Source: an uncultured Chthonomonadaceae bacterium (GTDB taxonomy: Bacteria; Armatimonadota; Chthonomonadetes; Chthonomonadales; CAJBBX01). Taken from it: 64,000 nt of DNA. The translations under genes were made by a program, and so were the position numbers. Shown one piece after another: positions 19,301 through 28,328 of the stretch; positions within the stretch are counted from its first letter, which is position 1, and every line of letters starts with the position of its first letter. Location of the stretch: NCBI GenBank assembly GCA_964429855.1, contig CAYSDM010000001.1:106240-170239 (forward strand), given 5' to 3'. The notes under the pieces are model-generated. The model was not told the origin of the DNA. It saw only the letters and a list, made by a program, of their open reading frames with translations, and searched no databases.

Positions 19301-21353
19301 TCGGATCGAGGGCGCGTACCGCATTGGAAACGACCGTCACCTCGCGCTCGAACTGATCCATCAGTCCGCCGTAGAGATTAATGCAGTTGATGTAGAGCCA
19401 CTCATTCTCCAGCGACCAGATCATAATGGAGGGATGGTTGCGCTCTCCCTTCACCTGCGCCAGCATCTGATCTTTCCAGTGCTTCATCAGATCCATCTTG
19501 ATCTCGGAGTTATAGAGCTTCTGAAACGCAGGATCGTTCTCGATTGCCATATAGCCGATCCGCTGTCCGTCCAGCATCCCGGAGCGGCGCACCACGACGC
19601 CGTTCTCGTCGAAGAATCTCAGCGCCTCCTCCGGCGGCATGTTCTGCCACTGTACCCCCCAGAAGCGCATCATCTTCTGGTTGGTTTTGCGGTAGAAGGC
19701 GAGCCACTCCTCCTTGCTGTCAGCGGTGAAGGTATCCGCCCAGCCATGCCAGACGATGCCGTTGAGCAGAAAATCCTTGCCGCGGATGGTCCACTCCCGG
19801 AATCCGAAGGTCGTCTCGGAGATGTCCACAGGCTTGCCTCCGACTTGAACCGTTGCGCGCAGGCGGTACAGGTGCGGGGCATCAGGCCACCAGAGCGTCG
19901 GGTTCTCCCACGTCCCGCTGAGGGGCAGGAGGCGCTCCGCGCCTGCCGCCAGCGAAAATCGGAGCGCGGGCAGAGTCTTTTCCACTTTTCCTGTGCTTGC
20001 GCTGACGGCCTCGCAGATCACCTCTCCAGAGACGGCGGACTTTCCGGGATTGGCGAGAGTAACCTCCAGATCGAGCCGCTTCTGCGCAACGGAGGGCTTG
20101 CAGAAGACGTCTGCTACACGCACCGGTCCTGCGACAACAAACTGCGGCGTAGCCAGAATGCCGGACTGCGGGTGGTTCCATATGGGATAGGAGAGGTCCT
20201 GAAAGCCCTCCGAGAAGAAGCGGCTCGGTAGATTGAAGGTGCGCCGCAGTTTCATCGGGTCTTTCGGGTTGGCGGTGCGGGCGTACCAGGCGTCGCGGAT
20301 GCCGACGACGATCACGTTTTCGCCGGCGCGCACGCCCCGTGTGACATCTATATCGAACTTCACGAAAGGGTTCTTGTTAAAGCCGCACAGGACGCCGTTT
20401 ACATAGACGGTGGTATTGAGATTATTCTGCGGGAAGACGATATGGAAAGAGCGTCCAAGGAGAGAAGAGGGAACCTGAATTCGCGTGCGATACCAGAGAC
20501 GATGCGCGAAGAGCAGATCGGGGCGAAGCTGGTTTTTATCGCCGGGAACCGCAATAGCGCGCCAGAAGGCGCGCGCGGGAATGCCGGTCATTGGTCGGGC
20601 TACCTCGCCGGGAAGCTGCTCATCATCCCGGCACACCTCCCACAGTCCGTTTAAGGCGATGGAGGCGCGCTGCCCCGGCGCGGAAGGCGCAGGCAGGCGG
20701 AACGACGCGCGCGCAGCCTCCCGATCCTGCGGCGCGCGCCACTCCTGTCCCGGCTTGAACTTGCCGTTGGGAAGGAAGTCGCCATTGAACAGACAGAGCG
20801 CGTCCGAAGCGTAGAGGACGCGCTGCCACTTCCCTTTATCGTCTTTCAGGCGGGGCAGCCGGATCTCCAGACGATGCGGTCCGGCAGCGAACGTCTGTTC
20901 GCCCATCTTCAGCCAGGCGACCTCGTTCCACTCCTGAAGCTCCATCAGGTCGGTGGTCAGCATGTGCGGGGTGACGCTCTGCCATGCGCCCCGGTCTATC
21001 CGCCACTGAAAGGTTGAACGCACAAATTCGTATCCGATCCGGTTCCAGATCGCGTAGCGACCCGGCTTGCTGACGATCATGTTGTAGTGCAGCAGAACGC
21101 CCTCCGCCGGTTGATCCTTCTCCACCTTCTCCGCATCTATGGAGATATGCAGCCATTTCGCGCCGGAGAGAAATTCGGTGCGTCCCCATCCGCCGATGTT
21201 GGGCTTCATATTGATGGAAGAGGGGTTCTCTCCTTCGATCCAGAGATAAGCGGGGGACTGCCCGGATGCCATGACCGCAAGCATAAGCAGCCACAGGCAG
21301 AGAAGGCTACACGCAGAGCGAGGGCGCAGGAGAGCGAATGAGATGCGTTGCAT
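16323..21353 (-). CDS. Giant secreted GH2-family glycosidase (1676 aa) with a long C-terminal multi-domain extension
   Basis: Signal peptide present. GH2 sugar-binding, Ig and TIM regions (LYRLRATV.., FGFREW.., ERNHPSIMIWSLENEW). About 800 further residues contain two ThuA/GATase-like segments, a discoidin-like segment and a terminal beta-rich domain. Confidence 0.85.
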   Translation of the reverse strand: MQRISFALLRPRSACSLLCLWLLMLAVMASGQSPAYLWIEGENPSSINMKPNIGGWGRTEFLSGAKWLHISIDAEKVEKDQPAEGVLLHYNMIVSKPGRYAIWNRIGYEFVRSTFQWRIDRGAWQSVTPHMLTTDLMELQEWNEVAWLKMGEQTFAAGPHRLEIRLPRLKDDKGKWQRVLYASDALCLFNGDFLPNGKFKPGQEWRAPQDREAARASFRLPAPSAPGQRASIALNGLWEVCRDDEQLPGEVARPMTGIPARAFWRAIAVPGDKNQLRPDLLFAHRLWYRTRIQVPSSLLGRSFHIVFPQNNLNTTVYVNGVLCGFNKNPFVKFDIDVTRGVRAGENVIVVGIRDAWYARTANPKDPMKLRRTFNLPSRFFSEGFQDLSYPIWNHPQSGILATPQFVVAGPVRVADVFCKPSVAQKRLDLEVTLANPGKSAVSGEVICEAVSASTGKVEKTLPALRFSLAAGAERLLPLSGTWENPTLWWPDAPHLYRLRATVQVGGKPVDISETTFGFREWTIRGKDFLLNGIVWHGWADTFTADSKEEWLAFYRKTNQKMMRFWGVQWQNMPPEEALRFFDENGVVVRRSGMLDGQRIGYMAIENDPAFQKLYNSEIKMDLMKHWKDQMLAQVKGERNHPSIMIWSLENEWLYINCINLYGGLMDQFEREVTVVSNAVRALDPTRPTMVDGGGATKAQTLPVHGDHYVFDSNNTRYPDLAYEPNIHAGGRGRWHWDQKRPRFLGEDYFANGINPADYSIFGGEDTFLGKTYAHPAAGIIYRMLTEGHRWAEYGAWHFWMGQREAVNQYGSNPWLAAFCREWDWTFASGQSVRRTFGIFNDTRFSDPVTFTWTLTLGGKKIAEETKECSVPAGQNQKFETVLSLPNVETRTEGELILTLKTRGQEAFRDVRAVSVLPAFRLNAPPPGLLVYDPKGEVAAFLQRHSVPFTPINSLANLPESGKVLLLGKDALSLAESTSPQLAAYASSGRTVIVLEQQNPLKYQALPAEIEATTAQGKIAYAEDLNHPALRGLQQKDLFTWGVNRLLYANAYTKPTRGARSLVQCDARLQNTALAEVPVGQGLILLCQLNVAENLADNATAQKLLANLLEYGAAYKLEYRRVAVAARDAGNLLATLDAIGLEYQKSEDPLMAISASGVRLAIIPASPHNLQQLTDHRKAVEEFTERGGYLILHGLTPEGLPAYNQLVGFEHMIRPFRRERVTFSAPRNPLTSGLTLGEIVMLSGERIFDWTADEFVASDIFSYVVDFEDVAPFAKFENDFNQMMTNGFVSADAWKYIVNLPAPNAPPLDFKLEFPKPVELTRMEWIGNTFYYPVTKAQLLFDGGAPATFNTVPTNEPQLFDIAPAISGKNLTLRLADWKKLPGVAQVTGLDNIRLFAKRPPEFYQRVRPILNIGSMMEYPRGNGGIVLCNLLFKESEAVPVNALKKRQIIKTLLLNLKAPFRGGKSVIVGTPLQFSPIDISKQANQYRDERGWFGDRSATFKDMPTGRQTFAGVPFDIFTFATSPVPTCIMLGGDGVPNSPAQEVRGIPVQRKADALFFLHTARMDARRNEQDIRERKRYEMLRYVIQYADGQTAVVPIYAELDIDDYRQKTPMPLPGAQIGWTRPYSGTDLHAVAYTKQWDNPRPDVEIKSIDVVYGPDRRGVPALLAVTAATAAK

Positions 21354-21464
21354 CGTGTTGTGGCTCCTTAAAATCGTAACTGAAATCTGCTCATACGTAT
21401 TAGCAGGGTTGGCGAAATAGGTACCTGCATAAGAAGAATGCCGTTCTGGGAAAAATCTACCAAT

Positions 21465-22358
21465 TTATCTGGGAGATGCCGGCGATCTGGCTTTCCAGGC
21501 GCGAACGTAGTCCACCAGATAGGTGGAGGGCAGGTCCGAATCGCGTGGCAGACCAAACCAGTCGGGCATGGTCTCTGTGTCGAAGTTCAGGGTAAGGGGC
21601 TGATGCCAGTGGGTGTTGGTTCCCTTCCGCACCAGCACGCCGTCGAAGTAGAACTTGATCTCCTTCTCATTCCACTCCAGCCCATACACATGGAAGTCGT
21701 CCGCTAGTTCGAAGGGCGCTTCCCAGATTCCACCGACGGACCAGTGTTTCTTTTCCGTCGGCGTGTGGAAGACATGAAGGGTCATATGCAGCTTGCGCTC
21801 AAAGCCGGGCGCGCCTCCCCCGATCTCGAAGACATCTATCTCCGTCCATCGCTCCGGCTCTGAGCGATAGAACCAGAAGGCGCTGCTGCCATGCGAGCGC
21901 ATCGGCTTCGCGCGCGCCTCAAAATATCCATAGAGAACGGTCTCTCTGCTCTGCACGGCGGCGGAGGAGTAGGTGTGGTAGCCCTCAGACCGGAGCGATT
22001 CGGGCGGTTCCTCTTTGCGCATGGTCAACTGGAGCTTGCCGTCCTTCACGAGGACGTTCGCCGGGGAGAAGAAAGCGGGCTGGCGTCCCTTCCATCCGGG
22101 ATTATTCGGAAACCACCGCTTCTCGTCCAGCGTCTTGCCATTGAACTCATCCCACATCGGGATGTACCGCTCCCACCTGCCCCGGTTCTGCTGATCGGAG
22201 AGAGGGAGGAGGTCGGTAACGCGCCTGACGGCATCCGCAGGCAAATTCGGCTTGAAGTCCTGCCAGAGAGAGCGATCCGGCTCCTGTGCGGCTGCCAGCC
22301 AGGTGAGCGAGAGCAGAAGCAGCATCCACAGAGACGAGAAGAGAACCATTCGCAGCAT
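21465..22358 (-). CDS. GH16 family glycoside hydrolase (beta-glucanase/galactanase type)
   Basis: Signal peptide, catalytic EIDVFE motif (E-x-D-x-x-E) and the YGLEW..I.FY.DG pattern. Confidence 0.9.
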   Translation of the reverse strand: MLRMVLFSSLWMLLLLSLTWLAAAQEPDRSLWQDFKPNLPADAVRRVTDLLPLSDQQNRGRWERYIPMWDEFNGKTLDEKRWFPNNPGWKGRQPAFFSPANVLVKDGKLQLTMRKEEPPESLRSEGYHTYSSAAVQSRETVLYGYFEARAKPMRSHGSSAFWFYRSEPERWTEIDVFEIGGGAPGFERKLHMTLHVFHTPTEKKHWSVGGIWEAPFELADDFHVYGLEWNEKEIKFYFDGVLVRKGTNTHWHQPLTLNFDTETMPDWFGLPRDSDLPSTYLVDYVRAWKARSPASPR

Positions 22359-22545
22359 GGGCTTTCTCCGGGGAGAAGTGAACAGATCAACGGGAAGAGC
22401 CGATTTTACGATTCATTGTAGCCCGGAGGATCGAGGTTGTCAATGTTTGCACAGGAAGGAGGAGTGAAGGCTGTTAAGAGGGAAGGTTGATGACAGTCGG
22501 CGCCTGTTCTCAATCGGAGCCGGTAAGGAGAGGAGAGTCGCAGTC

Positions 22546-25095
22546 ATGAAGTATGCCGTTCACTACATTCCCCATACCCACTACGATGCGGAGGTCTTTC
22601 TGACCCGTGACGAGACCTTTGAACTGGGCTATTCGATCATGCTGGGTGCGCTGGCGGCGATGCGCTCCGATCCGGGCTTTAAGTTTGCCCTGGATCAGAC
22701 CTGCTACATCGCGCCGTTCCTGAAGACCTATCCCGAAGAGCGCGCTTTCTTTGAGCAGATGATAAAAGAGGGGCGGCTGGAGATCACCTGCGGCATGCAT
22801 GCGATGCCGGACGTGAATATTCCCTCCGGGGAGTCGTTTATCCGGCAGGTACTCTCCGGCAAAGCCTACTGCGAAAAGGAGCTGGGGCTGGAGATACGCT
22901 GCGGCTGGCTTCTGGACACCTTCGGGCAGCATCCCCAGATTCCGCAGTTGATGGTCAAGTGCGGCTTCGATCAGAATATCTTCCAGCGAATCGGGAAGAT
23001 AGACGGACCAACCGAGTTCTGGTGGCAGGGGCTGGACGGCACGAAGCTGTTCTGCCACTGGATGCGGAGTAGCTACTGCGTTCTCTATCCGCTTCCCGGC
23101 AACCTGCACGAGTTCCGCAAGTTTATCGCGGTGCGCCTGAAGTTTCTGATCGAGAACGCGCAGACTCCGCACATTCTGGCGATCAGCGGCGCAGACCTGA
23201 CCCCGGTGCAGCCGCACGCCAGCAGCCTGTTCCGTCAGCATAATGAGCAGTTTGACGATCTCGAATTTCGTATCTCCACGCCTGCCGAGTATTTCGCGTT
23301 GATCCGCGACGCGGTGGAGTTCCCGGTTCGAGAGGGCGACCTGAATCCGGTCTTTCAGGGCTGCTACAGCGCGCGAATTGCCGTGAAACAGTGGAACCGA
23401 CGGCTGGAGACTCTGCTGGCAGATGCGGAGTGGCTGGACGCCGCGACCTCGCTGCTGGGGACGGAATCGCAGGAGACGAGATTTGCGGAGGCGTGGGAAG
23501 GGGTGTTGTTCAATCAGTTCCACGACATCATCTGCGGTTCGCATGTGGATAAGGTCTATGCCAACGTGATAGACCGCTACAAGGTTTCGCACGGCGTGGC
23601 GTCGCTCTGCCAGGAGCGGTCTCTTCAGACGCTGGCGCAGGAGATTGATACGCGCGGAGAGGGTATCCCGATCATCGTCTTCAACCCGTTGAGCTGGGAA
23701 CGCGACGATGTGGCGGAGTGCCGGTTTGGCTTCTCGGAGAAAGATGTCTATGAGATCGAGGTGTGTGACTCCGAGGGGAACCGGATGCTCTGCGACCTTA
23801 TCGCGGAGGAGCGGTACGAGACCGGAGGCATCAAACGGGCGACGGCGCTGTTCATCGCGCGCGGCGTTCCGGCAACGGGCTATGAGGTGTTTCATATCCG
23901 GCGCGCCGGTACACAGAGGGTCGAGACAGATCTCTGCTCCAATCAGCCGGACATCTTTATGGCGGATATCCATACCGACCGGATCGAAAACGCTCACTTC
24001 TGCGTGGAGATTGACGCCTGGAACGGGGCGATCAAGCGGCTCTATCACAAGCCTACCGGCTGGGAGATCATCCCGGCGGACAAACCTTACGGCAATACCC
24101 TCGTCAAGGAGCGCGACAACGGCAACTTCTGGGAGTATAATGGGCACTGTAAAGGGGACGCCTTCCTGCCAATGAACCGCGAGCATCCGCTTCCGGCGGT
24201 CGGGGAGGCGCGCGCCGACTTCTCGCATCTGTACGGCGGCGACGGACGGGTGCGAAACGGGCAGGCGCGCACCGAGTATGTTGTCAACTTCGCCTATGGC
24301 AGGGGCTTTTTCGCGACCCGTGTGCGGCTCTATGCAGGGCTTGCGCGCATAGATATACATACCACGCTGATCAACGAGGAGGAGAGGGTGCGCTACCGCG
24401 CCGCCTTCCCGACCACGCTGGAAAACGGCGTCATCACCCAGGAGATACCGTTCGGCGCGATCGAGCGTCCGGAAGGGGAGTTCCCGGCGCAGAACTGGAT
24501 GGACTACGGCGATGGTCAGAAGGGGCTGGGGCTGCTGAACCGCGGGCTGCCGGGCAACAGCGTGGAGGACGGCGTCATGATGCTGGCGGTGTTGAAGTGC
24601 ACCGCGCTGAAGGAGGGCTACGGCGAGGTCGGCGGTTTCAATCGCAGCACCAAAACCACCGATGGGTATGAGATCGGGGTGACGCACGGGTTCGACTACG
24701 CGCTGGTTCCGCACGCCGGCGACTGGCGCGCTGCGCAGCTCTATCGGCGCGGAATGGAGTTCAATCGCCCGCTGCTGACCGCAAAAACAGCCTCCGCTGC
24801 GGGGCGGCTTCCGGCGCGCCTGAGCCTGCTCTCCATCTCTGCTGAAAATGTGGTGATCTCGGCGGTTCGACGGACGGGGAATCGGGTGATGGTGCGGGTC
24901 TACGAGGCGGAGGGGCGCGCCGTCTCCGGCGTTACGCTGATTTCGGCGGCGGCGATACAGAGCGCGGTCGAGACCGATCTGATCGAAAAAGAGATCCGCC
25001 CGCTGTCGCCGGAAGCAGGCGGATCGGCGATCACGTTTGACATTGGCGCGTTCGAGATCAAGACCTTCGTGATGGAGTGCGCGCCGCTTGTCTGA
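22546..25095 (+). CDS. Alpha-mannosidase (GH38)
   Basis: HYIPHTHYDAEVFLTRDE N-terminal metal site, WLLDTFGQHPQ, FNQFHDII. No signal peptide and a good SD. The antisense 889-aa ORF is spurious. Confidence 0.95.
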   Translation: MKYAVHYIPHTHYDAEVFLTRDETFELGYSIMLGALAAMRSDPGFKFALDQTCYIAPFLKTYPEERAFFEQMIKEGRLEITCGMHAMPDVNIPSGESFIRQVLSGKAYCEKELGLEIRCGWLLDTFGQHPQIPQLMVKCGFDQNIFQRIGKIDGPTEFWWQGLDGTKLFCHWMRSSYCVLYPLPGNLHEFRKFIAVRLKFLIENAQTPHILAISGADLTPVQPHASSLFRQHNEQFDDLEFRISTPAEYFALIRDAVEFPVREGDLNPVFQGCYSARIAVKQWNRRLETLLADAEWLDAATSLLGTESQETRFAEAWEGVLFNQFHDIICGSHVDKVYANVIDRYKVSHGVASLCQERSLQTLAQEIDTRGEGIPIIVFNPLSWERDDVAECRFGFSEKDVYEIEVCDSEGNRMLCDLIAEERYETGGIKRATALFIARGVPATGYEVFHIRRAGTQRVETDLCSNQPDIFMADIHTDRIENAHFCVEIDAWNGAIKRLYHKPTGWEIIPADKPYGNTLVKERDNGNFWEYNGHCKGDAFLPMNREHPLPAVGEARADFSHLYGGDGRVRNGQARTEYVVNFAYGRGFFATRVRLYAGLARIDIHTTLINEEERVRYRAAFPTTLENGVITQEIPFGAIERPEGEFPAQNWMDYGDGQKGLGLLNRGLPGNSVEDGVMMLAVLKCTALKEGYGEVGGFNRSTKTTDGYEIGVTHGFDYALVPHAGDWRAAQLYRRGMEFNRPLLTAKTASAAGRLPARLSLLSISAENVVISAVRRTGNRVMVRVYEAEGRAVSGVTLISAAAIQSAVETDLIEKEIRPLSPEAGGSAITFDIGAFEIKTFVMECAPLV

Positions 25096-25100
25096 GAAGG

Positions 25101-25499
25101 CTAATTGCGTGCCAGCGGGGCATTGATCTCGATCAGGTTGCCGTCCGGGTCGCGGAAGTGGGCGGTGCGTATGCCCCACTCTTCGCGATCCGTCGGGGGC
25201 GCGATGAAGACAACGCCACGCGACTCCAGTTCGCGAACAGCCTCATCCACGTTCGGCACGCCGTAGATGGAGGCGACGGCGTCCTGCGCTTCGGCGGAGG
25301 GAGATCGGTCGGCGGCTCCGATGGCTTCCGCCATGATGTCGCGTCGGAAGAGCGCCAGCGTGACGGCTCCGGTGTCGAACTCGGCATAGACTTCGTTCTC
25401 GTCTCCAAAGAGGGGACGAAAACCGAGCGCGTCGCGGTAGAACAGAAACATCGCCCGGAAATCCGCCGTCAACAGGCGGTTGAAGGTGTACTGCAGCAT
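25101..25499 (-). CDS. VOC (glyoxalase/bleomycin-resistance/dioxygenase) family protein
   Basis: 132 aa. Motifs FYRDALGF, ..RTAHFRDPDGNLIEI. Confidence 0.85.
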   Translation of the reverse strand: MLQYTFNRLLTADFRAMFLFYRDALGFRPLFGDENEVYAEFDTGAVTLALFRRDIMAEAIGAADRSPSAEAQDAVASIYGVPNVDEAVRELESRGVVFIAPPTDREEWGIRTAHFRDPDGNLIEINAPLARN

Positions 25500-25710
25500 G
25501 ACGGATCCTCTCTCTGAAATAAATTATGGCGTAAATCTGTTTACTTAAATTAAGTATTGCATAACATATACTCTCTGTCAACAGCTTTCTGCCGATAGAC
25601 TCCGACACGGCGCCCTTGCTTCATCACGCAGGGTATCGGGCAGACGGGAGCGAGATTCTTTCGCCGATACTGTAATTACGGATATTGCGCCCTTAAGCGG
25701 CTCTGCTGTT

Positions 25711-28290
25711 TTGCCAGGAAGGACGAGTTCTTTGGATTGGAACGCTCGATGGATCTGGGACGCCGGTGAAGCCAGACCCCGGAACCGCTATCTCTACTTT
25801 CGCAAGGCTTTCACGCTCGCGGAACAGCCCTCTTTTCGCGCGACGGCGCGAGTCTGCGCGGATACCCGGTATAAGCTCTACGTCAACGGCTCTTTCGTGC
25901 ATCACGGACCGGCACGCAGCGATCCGCGTCATCAGGCCTATGAAGAGTACGAGATCGGGCCGTATCTGCGCGCGGGCGAGAATGTGATCGGCGCGCTGGT
26001 GACCTTCTATGGGGTCGGAACCTGTTACTCCCTCATCGGAAGGGGCGGATTTCTGCTGGAGGCGGAGGTCGAGACGGACAGGACGCCGATACGCATCGTA
26101 ACGGATGAGACATGGAGAGCGGCTCCTGCTCCCTATCTGCGCGGTTTTGAGCGAATGAGCATTCAACTGCCCTTCCCGGAGGTGTTCGATCTGCGCGAGG
26201 AGCCGGTCGGGTGGAACGCGCCCGGATTCGACGATTCGGGCTGGGAGACGGCGACGGTGATCGGACCGGTCGGAATGGAACCCTGGACATCTCTGGAGCC
26301 GCGCGATATTCCGTTGCAGCGCTCTCTGACGCTTCTTCCCGCGCAACTGATACAGACCAACCTGACGGAGCGTCGTTCCGACGATTCCGGGGAGAGCCTG
26401 ACGCCGGCGGAGGCGATGGAGCGTGCCACGCGGCTGCATCCCGCGCCTCCGGGCAGCGTGACCTGGAGGCATCCGGGGCGGTTCATGACGGCTCCGGTGA
26501 GCGGCGCGCAGGGAACGTCGGTCGTGCTGGATTTTGGGCGGGAGGTCAGCGGCTTTCTCCATCTGCATATTCGGCAGGGAGCAGGCGGGATTGTGGACAT
26601 CGGCTACAGCGAGAGGATCGAGGCGGATGGCAGCGTCAACCCGAATCACTTTGCAGGCTGCCCGGTACACTACGCGGATCGTCTTCTTCTGCGTGCGGGA
26701 GCGCAGATGTGGGTATCCTTCTCTCCGCGCGCATTTCGCTACCTTCGTCTGGACTTTTACGACTGCCCGGAGCCGGTGGAGGTTCAGTGCGAACTGGAGT
26801 ATTTCACCTATCCGGTGGAATACCGGGGCGATTTTCAGTGTTCGGACCCGCTGTTGAATCGAATCTGGGAGGTGGGACGCTACACCGCAGAACTCTGTAT
26901 GGATGACGGCTATATGGACTGCCCCTGGCGCGAGCGCGGTCAGTGGCTGGCGGATACGCGGGTGGAGGCGCTGGTCGCCGCCTACGCTTTCGGGGATACG
27001 CAGCTGGCCCGGCGCGCCTGGCGTCAGTATGCGCTGAGTCAGGGGACGACCGACGGTTTTGGCGGCGAGGGACCGGCTCCGGCGCATCACGCGCAAGACT
27101 GGCTGAAGTGCGTCTATCCCTCCGCGCCGCCCTTTGATACGGTGCTGCCGCCCTTTAACTGTATCTGGCTGTGCGGGCTGTGGGAGTATTTCCTGCTTTC
27201 CGGGGATCGCGGACTGCTGCTGGAACTCTGGACGACTGTGGATCGTCTTCTGAAACTGCTGGAGTCGCACGAGAGCGAGAACGGTCTGCTGCATAATCTG
27301 CCCGGATGGGTCTTTGTGGACTGGGCAAAACTGGATGCTCGCGGAGAAGCCTGTCATGTCAACGCCTTCTACTACGCCGGACTGCTGGCGGCGGGGAAGA
27401 TTGCGCGGGCGGTTGGGATGCCGGAGCGCGGCGGCGATCTGGAGATGCGCGCCTCGGAGGTGAAGGAGGCGATCAACGATCTGCTCTGGGACAACGCGCG
27501 CGGACTCTACGCGGACTGCCGGGTGGACGGCGCGCTTTCGGAGACGGTCAGCGAGCAGGCGAACGTGCTCTGTATGCTCTATGGAATCGCGGAACGAGTC
27601 CAGACGGAGCAGATTCTGCATGCCTTTTATGGCGATGCGGGTCAGCCGACGACCTCCGTCGCGCAGAACGCCGTGCGTATCGCGACGCCCTACTTCTCCT
27701 TCTATCTGCTGCGCGCGCTGTGCAGTCTGGGACGACGGAGACAGGCGCTTGGCTACATTCGGGAGAACTGGGGGAGAATGCTGGCGCGCGGCGCGACGAC
27801 CTTCTGGGAACACTACGAGCCGCAGTGGAGCCTGTGTCATGCCTGGAGCGCAGCGCCGACCTACGACCTTCCGGCGGAAATTGCGGGGATTCGCCCGCTT
27901 CAGCCGGGCTTTGAAGAGATTACCATAGACCTTCAGCCGCTGGAATTGACCTGGCTGCGCGCGCGGGTGCCGACCGTGCGCGGAGATATTTTCGTCTCCT
28001 ATCACTATCGTACCGATCAGCCGTTTGTGGATCCGATGGGGGGCGTGGCTCCGCTGGCTCATACGGAGCCTGCCGTGACGGTGAACCTGACAGTTCCGGG
28101 CGGAGCGCGGGCAGAAGTGAGTATCCCGCTGGCGGGAATAGCGCAGCCGACCATTGCGATCAATGGAACGCGCCTGATCGAAAAGGGCATTCCGATTTCC
28201 GGTGCCGGCGGCGAACGTCTGACCCTCCGGGAGGATCGGCTGCAGTTTACGGCTCCCGCCGGGCAGTATCATATCGCCATTCTGCGGTAA
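25711..28290 (+). CDS. Alpha-L-rhamnosidase-like glycosidase (GH78-related, six-hairpin)
   Basis: WNARWIWD.., FQCSDPLLNRIW, MDCPWRERGQWLADT, then a six-hairpin region. The track start is TTG 25711 and the start is uncertain. The antisense 908-aa ORF is spurious. Confidence 0.85.
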   Translation: MPGRTSSLDWNARWIWDAGEARPRNRYLYFRKAFTLAEQPSFRATARVCADTRYKLYVNGSFVHHGPARSDPRHQAYEEYEIGPYLRAGENVIGALVTFYGVGTCYSLIGRGGFLLEAEVETDRTPIRIVTDETWRAAPAPYLRGFERMSIQLPFPEVFDLREEPVGWNAPGFDDSGWETATVIGPVGMEPWTSLEPRDIPLQRSLTLLPAQLIQTNLTERRSDDSGESLTPAEAMERATRLHPAPPGSVTWRHPGRFMTAPVSGAQGTSVVLDFGREVSGFLHLHIRQGAGGIVDIGYSERIEADGSVNPNHFAGCPVHYADRLLLRAGAQMWVSFSPRAFRYLRLDFYDCPEPVEVQCELEYFTYPVEYRGDFQCSDPLLNRIWEVGRYTAELCMDDGYMDCPWRERGQWLADTRVEALVAAYAFGDTQLARRAWRQYALSQGTTDGFGGEGPAPAHHAQDWLKCVYPSAPPFDTVLPPFNCIWLCGLWEYFLLSGDRGLLLELWTTVDRLLKLLESHESENGLLHNLPGWVFVDWAKLDARGEACHVNAFYYAGLLAAGKIARAVGMPERGGDLEMRASEVKEAINDLLWDNARGLYADCRVDGALSETVSEQANVLCMLYGIAERVQTEQILHAFYGDAGQPTTSVAQNAVRIATPYFSFYLLRALCSLGRRRQALGYIRENWGRMLARGATTFWEHYEPQWSLCHAWSAAPTYDLPAEIAGIRPLQPGFEEITIDLQPLELTWLRARVPTVRGDIFVSYHYRTDQPFVDPMGGVAPLAHTEPAVTVNLTVPGGARAEVSIPLAGIAQPTIAINGTRLIEKGIPISGAGGERLTLREDRLQFTAPAGQYHIAILR

Positions 28291-28328
28291 GCGGGTGAGA
28301 GTGTATAGCAGGGACGGGAGGGGTTCGC

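Noticed and set aside
22510-25179. An 889-aa stop-free ORF exactly antisense to the GH38 gene, and longer than it
   Set aside because: The product is Arg/Pro/Gly/Ala-rich with no recognisable motifs. The sense strand carries unmistakable GH38 signatures and a good SD. Long antisense ORFs are expected in GC-rich DNA with GC3-biased codons.
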